In this document: piece after piece, positions 60,023-64,000 of the stretch
Position numbering within the stretch: position 1 is the first letter of the stretch
Layout of the letters: each line of letters starts with the position of its first letter
Assembly: GCA_017499595.2 (NCBI GenBank)
Contig: CM039008.1
Coordinates: 2,046,001-2,110,000, forward strand
Length of the DNA: 64,000 nucleotides
DNA from: Psilocybe cubensis
Lineage: Eukaryota
Direction: 5' to 3'
Notes under the pieces: generated by a model
The model's input: the letters and a program-made list of their open reading frames with translations, nothing else
Told to the model about the DNA's origin: nothing
The model's database searches: none
Translations under genes and position numbers: made by a program

Positions 60023-60889
60023 GGTCGTACGAGTAAGTTGAAAGGAGGCAGAAAAGAGCGTCTAAGAAAGGTTGGTGGTGAATTGATAATATGAGAAGGG
60101 TAGGATGGCGAGGGGCTTGAAATATACGCACAGTCGATAGCACACAGGCATTATCAAGTCGCTGTGGGCGTGTTTTACGCGTCAAACGGCTTTTGCGGAG
60201 GACTGCTTGATTGCTTTCACACTGATCTATTAGGTCTATTGATTCAGAAAGGGTACAATTACAAATTATACAGAAAGAACTCTTTCATCGAGGAAGACGA
60301 TGTTTCCCCATGACGAGGAGATGAACAAAGAAGGTCGGAAAGGTGGTCCGGTCGCGCGCCAGCATTGATATACCGTGTTGATTTCCATGCCGCTTCGGCG
60401 AGTTGCCGAAGCGGCATGGAAATCTGTGCACTATAATATTCTCGTTCAAGCATTTTCGCACGGTTCGCTCTTCCTCCACCACGACCCGACAGTCTGTAAA
60501 AAATACGTAGTTTCAGCGACTCCTGTAGTTAGATTACTTCTTCTAGTAGAGTGAGAGAAACTGAAGTCTGCTAAAGCATCCCACCCAAACATAACTGAAA
60601 AATAACAAAGCTCGGATTGTATAGTGATAGTGAAAGGGATCCCGGGTGAGAGAATAAACGAAACAAACACGCTGTCGTCTCGTTGATGACCCGCTTGTGT
60701 CGAAAGGCGGATCCAGCGCTAGGCATATCTCCGGTGAGCTGAAAGGCAACACGACGTACTCAATCTTAAAGACAAGACACGGCAGGCTTTGAATAAAAGT
60801 ACCTTCACCCCACAAATCAAACATTTTGCCACATTTGCCCGTACACCACAGTGCTATCCTATCTGTCTACTTATACCTACTTATACATC

Positions 60890-62518
60890 ATGAACTTGGT
60901 ACGTCGTGACATTTGAAATGTAGAATATTTACTTTAACCGTTGAAACAGAATAGCTCTTTCGTCCTTGCGAAGGAGTTGAAGAACCCAGGGATTGAACAC
61001 GTTGATCACTTGCTCTTCTCGAGCAATGGAAAATTTTTGGTCGCTGCAGGTATACTATTTCTTTGCTTTTCACTATTGGAACGAGAATCTGATGCAACAA
61101 AATAGGTGACCGCGACAAGGTTTTTATATGGAACACGGAAACTTTCCGGACTGAACAAGTCCTCGAGAACAAGCAGTGGGGGCAAGTTAGTTGCCTAGCG
61201 TGGGCGTATACCGAATTACCTTCGAGGGAGCCCTCAACCGTATTATGCGTCGGGAATGTTTTTGGTGGTATGAGCATGTTTTTAATGGACTCTCGTTCTG
61301 TTAAGGTGTGCCAATCAGAGGATATCCTAGCGAGTCACTAATTCTCTCTCGTAGCCTTTCACGGAGAGAGGAACCGTAATCCAGCTGTTCACCCCAAATG
61401 ACATCGTGGAGAACCTCGTATTTGATAAGATAAACGGCAGGCTGATTGCTTCCAGTCATTCCGGAGCTGTTAAGATGTATTCTGTTGATGCAGTCGGTAA
61501 GGGTTATTCCTGGTTTCTTCTGTACCATTTATTTATTGCCTGTAGCTGGCTCAGCGAATCTCGTCTGGGAAGCTCCCAGTAACCGACCTGGTATTCCGAC
61601 GTCGGTCCTCTTCTTCGGGTCAACAAATGAAAAGTTGCTGTCCTTCGGACTAGAGAATGGTGACGTGTATGTTTATCAACGTAATATCAATTAACCACGC
61701 TGTTCAACTGTTCTAACTGTTCTTAATTCTGCTAGTTGTTGTCGGGACGCTTCCAATGGCGAAGTGCTCTGGACCAAAAAACTCGCCAGTGGGATGTACG
61801 CATATTAACATATTTTACCTTATATTCGACTGATAAGCTCATGTAGCGGATCTGCTGCGATTTCGAGCGACCAGACTGTTATCATCGTCAACAATCTCAA
61901 CAACGGCAATTTTGATGTTTACCAAACTCCTGATATGTCTCCTCTCCAGACCCTAGCCGTTGGGGACTCCGTGACCACCCACAAATACTTCATAAAGCAG
62001 TGCCGTTTCATTGAAGGCACGAAACTGTCGGTGTGCGGTAGCCACACTAATAAGGTACATATCTTTGACGTAGCCAATAATTACGTTCTGCAGACCCTTA
62101 CCTCAAGTCCAAAAGGTTTGATCTTTTGCCGTATCTTATGCTTTCTGACGCTCAAACATGTTCACAGAGGCTCACATGACACAGGCGATTGCAGTAACCA
62201 TGGCGGAGAGTCGCAAAGTCTGTATTGCAGCATCTTCTAATGGCTTCATCTATCTGTGGGAAAAGCGGAGCCAGCCCTTTGTTGGCGTCGGTGAAACTCA
62301 AACACAGCCTGCAAATACGCTCCTTCACTATGCCAGAACCAATGGTCCCTTCATTGCTTTTGTCATGGCATGCACTTACGCTAACTGGGCACCATATCTT
62401 TTTGCTGTAAGAATTCGTCATCTGGCCTCAACTTTTATATCTAATAGCAATGTCTACCTTAGTTGTTCGCTTTCTTGACTTCGAAGGCGCAATATTACGG
62501 GCTCCTCAACGCAAATGA
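60890..62518 (+). CDS. WD40-like beta-propeller protein with hydrophobic C-terminal tail (multi-exon)
   Basis: LLFSSNGKFLVAAG-DRDKVFIWN, WGQVSCLAW, LLSFGLENGD, SVCGSHTNKVHIFDV, AASSNGFIYLWE; tail PFIAFVMACTYANWAPYLFALFAFL; stop at 62516-62518. Confidence 0.75.
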
Positions 62519-63580
62519 GGGAAATTTAGAAAATTTAGAGTTGTAGCCAGCATTTGTAGTTACGCGCACTCATAATGTGTATATAACTTTACGTGGTTTT
62601 AATGTCTGCGAGTAGCTAGTGGGATCAGGTCTGAAAGTCAGGCATTAGAAATACCTCAAAGGTAATGCGTGTTTGGTACAGGGCATACTTAAATGATACC
62701 ATTATAGAGTTGTGAGCAAGGAGGATTTGCGAGGAGGTTAAGTGATCTTCAAACCGTAACTTATTGTGGTTTTGACCCCCTTTTTAGGTGCTAGAACTCC
62801 GAAGCAAAGTCCAGAATGACAGCGAAATCAGAGTTACACACTCAGCGCACTTGACGAGTCAAACTACGCTCTATGCTACCGGTCATCGTGTTCAATGAGG
62901 CTGGTTTAAAAGCCGTCGCCCGTCGCATGCGTCCCTTTCACGAGAGGTAAGCAGAAATTTTCGTTCTGATCATTCCAGGACATCGGTGCCCACGGCTCAC
63001 TTCCATGAACAGGTGAATCTGCGGTCGAAGGGCAAGGTCGGGGTGAAATCTACACGATAGGGTCTCGACAACTGAGCAACACGATAATCTTCCACTCAAA
63101 CGCACGTTATTTGGTCGCTGCTCAATCTGCGGGGGTTAAGCCGGTCACGATACAGGTCCTGAATCATACTTCGTCATAGGTAAGTTGAAGTTTGTAATAC
63201 GTATATCTCTGGACGGATCTGTATCGCAAAATCTGATTTGCAAGAATCTGATATATTTGATTTAGATTAATTCGTTATTAAATTGTTCAATATATCACGG
63301 GCAGCCGACCAGGCAAGCCCACACTCATATTCATGCGTGAATCAGATAGCATTGGAGCGGAGAGCGTAGTGAGTCACTGGCTTCAAGTCTTCTTCCAACA
63401 GATACGGTGCTGATGGAAGATGAAACGGCACAAGTGACATTGGAGCTGGTGGAAATGGCGCTGGTAGACGAGTCAGAGAGGCGGGTCAGCTCACGGAAGG
63501 AGCACGTTCATACCCCGGAACGGTCATATCCACGCGCAGGTTATGCGCTCTGCACGCGCGTGAAGCTCTTTGTATGCGGT

Positions 63581-63989
63581 ACACGTCTTCCGGGCCGGCC
63601 GGATCCGAACACGCTCATAACACGCTCAGCACGCCCTGAACAGAAGGAGTTGTACTTTCCACTATACCCTTGTACCCTAATCGTGCCTGTTTCCTGCACG
63701 CCACCTTGAACACTGTATGCACCGACGAGCTGCAAGACTTAACTCGCTTCTGTCAATCTAACTGCAAATACCGAGAAAGTTGATCTGTATGCGCCAATTG
63801 GAGGAGCACGTGTTGAGGTGCTTCCCGCGGCACACGTCTTCCGGGCCGGCCGGATCCGAACACGCTCAGCGCGCCCTGGAGTTGTACTTCCCACTATACC
63901 CATGTACCCTAATCGTGCATGTTTCCTGCACGTTACCTCGAACACCGTATGCACCGACGAGCTTCAAGACTTAACTCGCTTCTGTCAAT
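63581..63989. repeat. Tandem repeat with ~230-250-bp period, at least 2 copies, reaching the window edge
   Basis: ACACGTCTTCCGGGCCGGCCGGATCCGAACACGCTCA at 63581 and 63832; CAAGACTTAACTCGCTTCTGTCAAT ending at 63757 and 63989. Confidence 0.9.
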
Positions 63990-64000
63990 ATAACTAATAC

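Overview
This is intron-rich fungal genomic DNA with short GT-AG introns and CTRAY-type branch sites; the gene style suggests an agaric basidiomycete (inference). It has two halves. From 1 to about 37,100 is an ordinary gene neighbourhood: TPI, U2 snRNA, three related RING-finger genes, a SET/MYND-type methyltransferase, a YOR1/MRP-type ABC transporter, Sec61-beta, a MITE, a VAMP7-like SNARE, glycerol-3-phosphate acyltransferase and RPS14. From about 37,500 to 64,000 the region looks accessory or mobile. It opens with degenerate repeats, then a large putative DDE transposase (Mutator/ISL3-like D-D-DxxH-E spacing) with a DEDDy 3'-5' exonuclease domain inserted inside it. The 5' part of that gene is mirrored in a near-perfect palindrome with 2.24-kb arms and a 4-nt loop, which runs into a 100-N gap. 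Beyond the gap is a compact block of intact genes: a divergent Spt5 homolog, a repeat-expanded coiled-coil protein, small hypothetical genes and a WD40 protein, followed by ~250-bp tandem repeats. Family calls rest on motif recognition by eye; no searches were run. Linkage across the gap is unverified.
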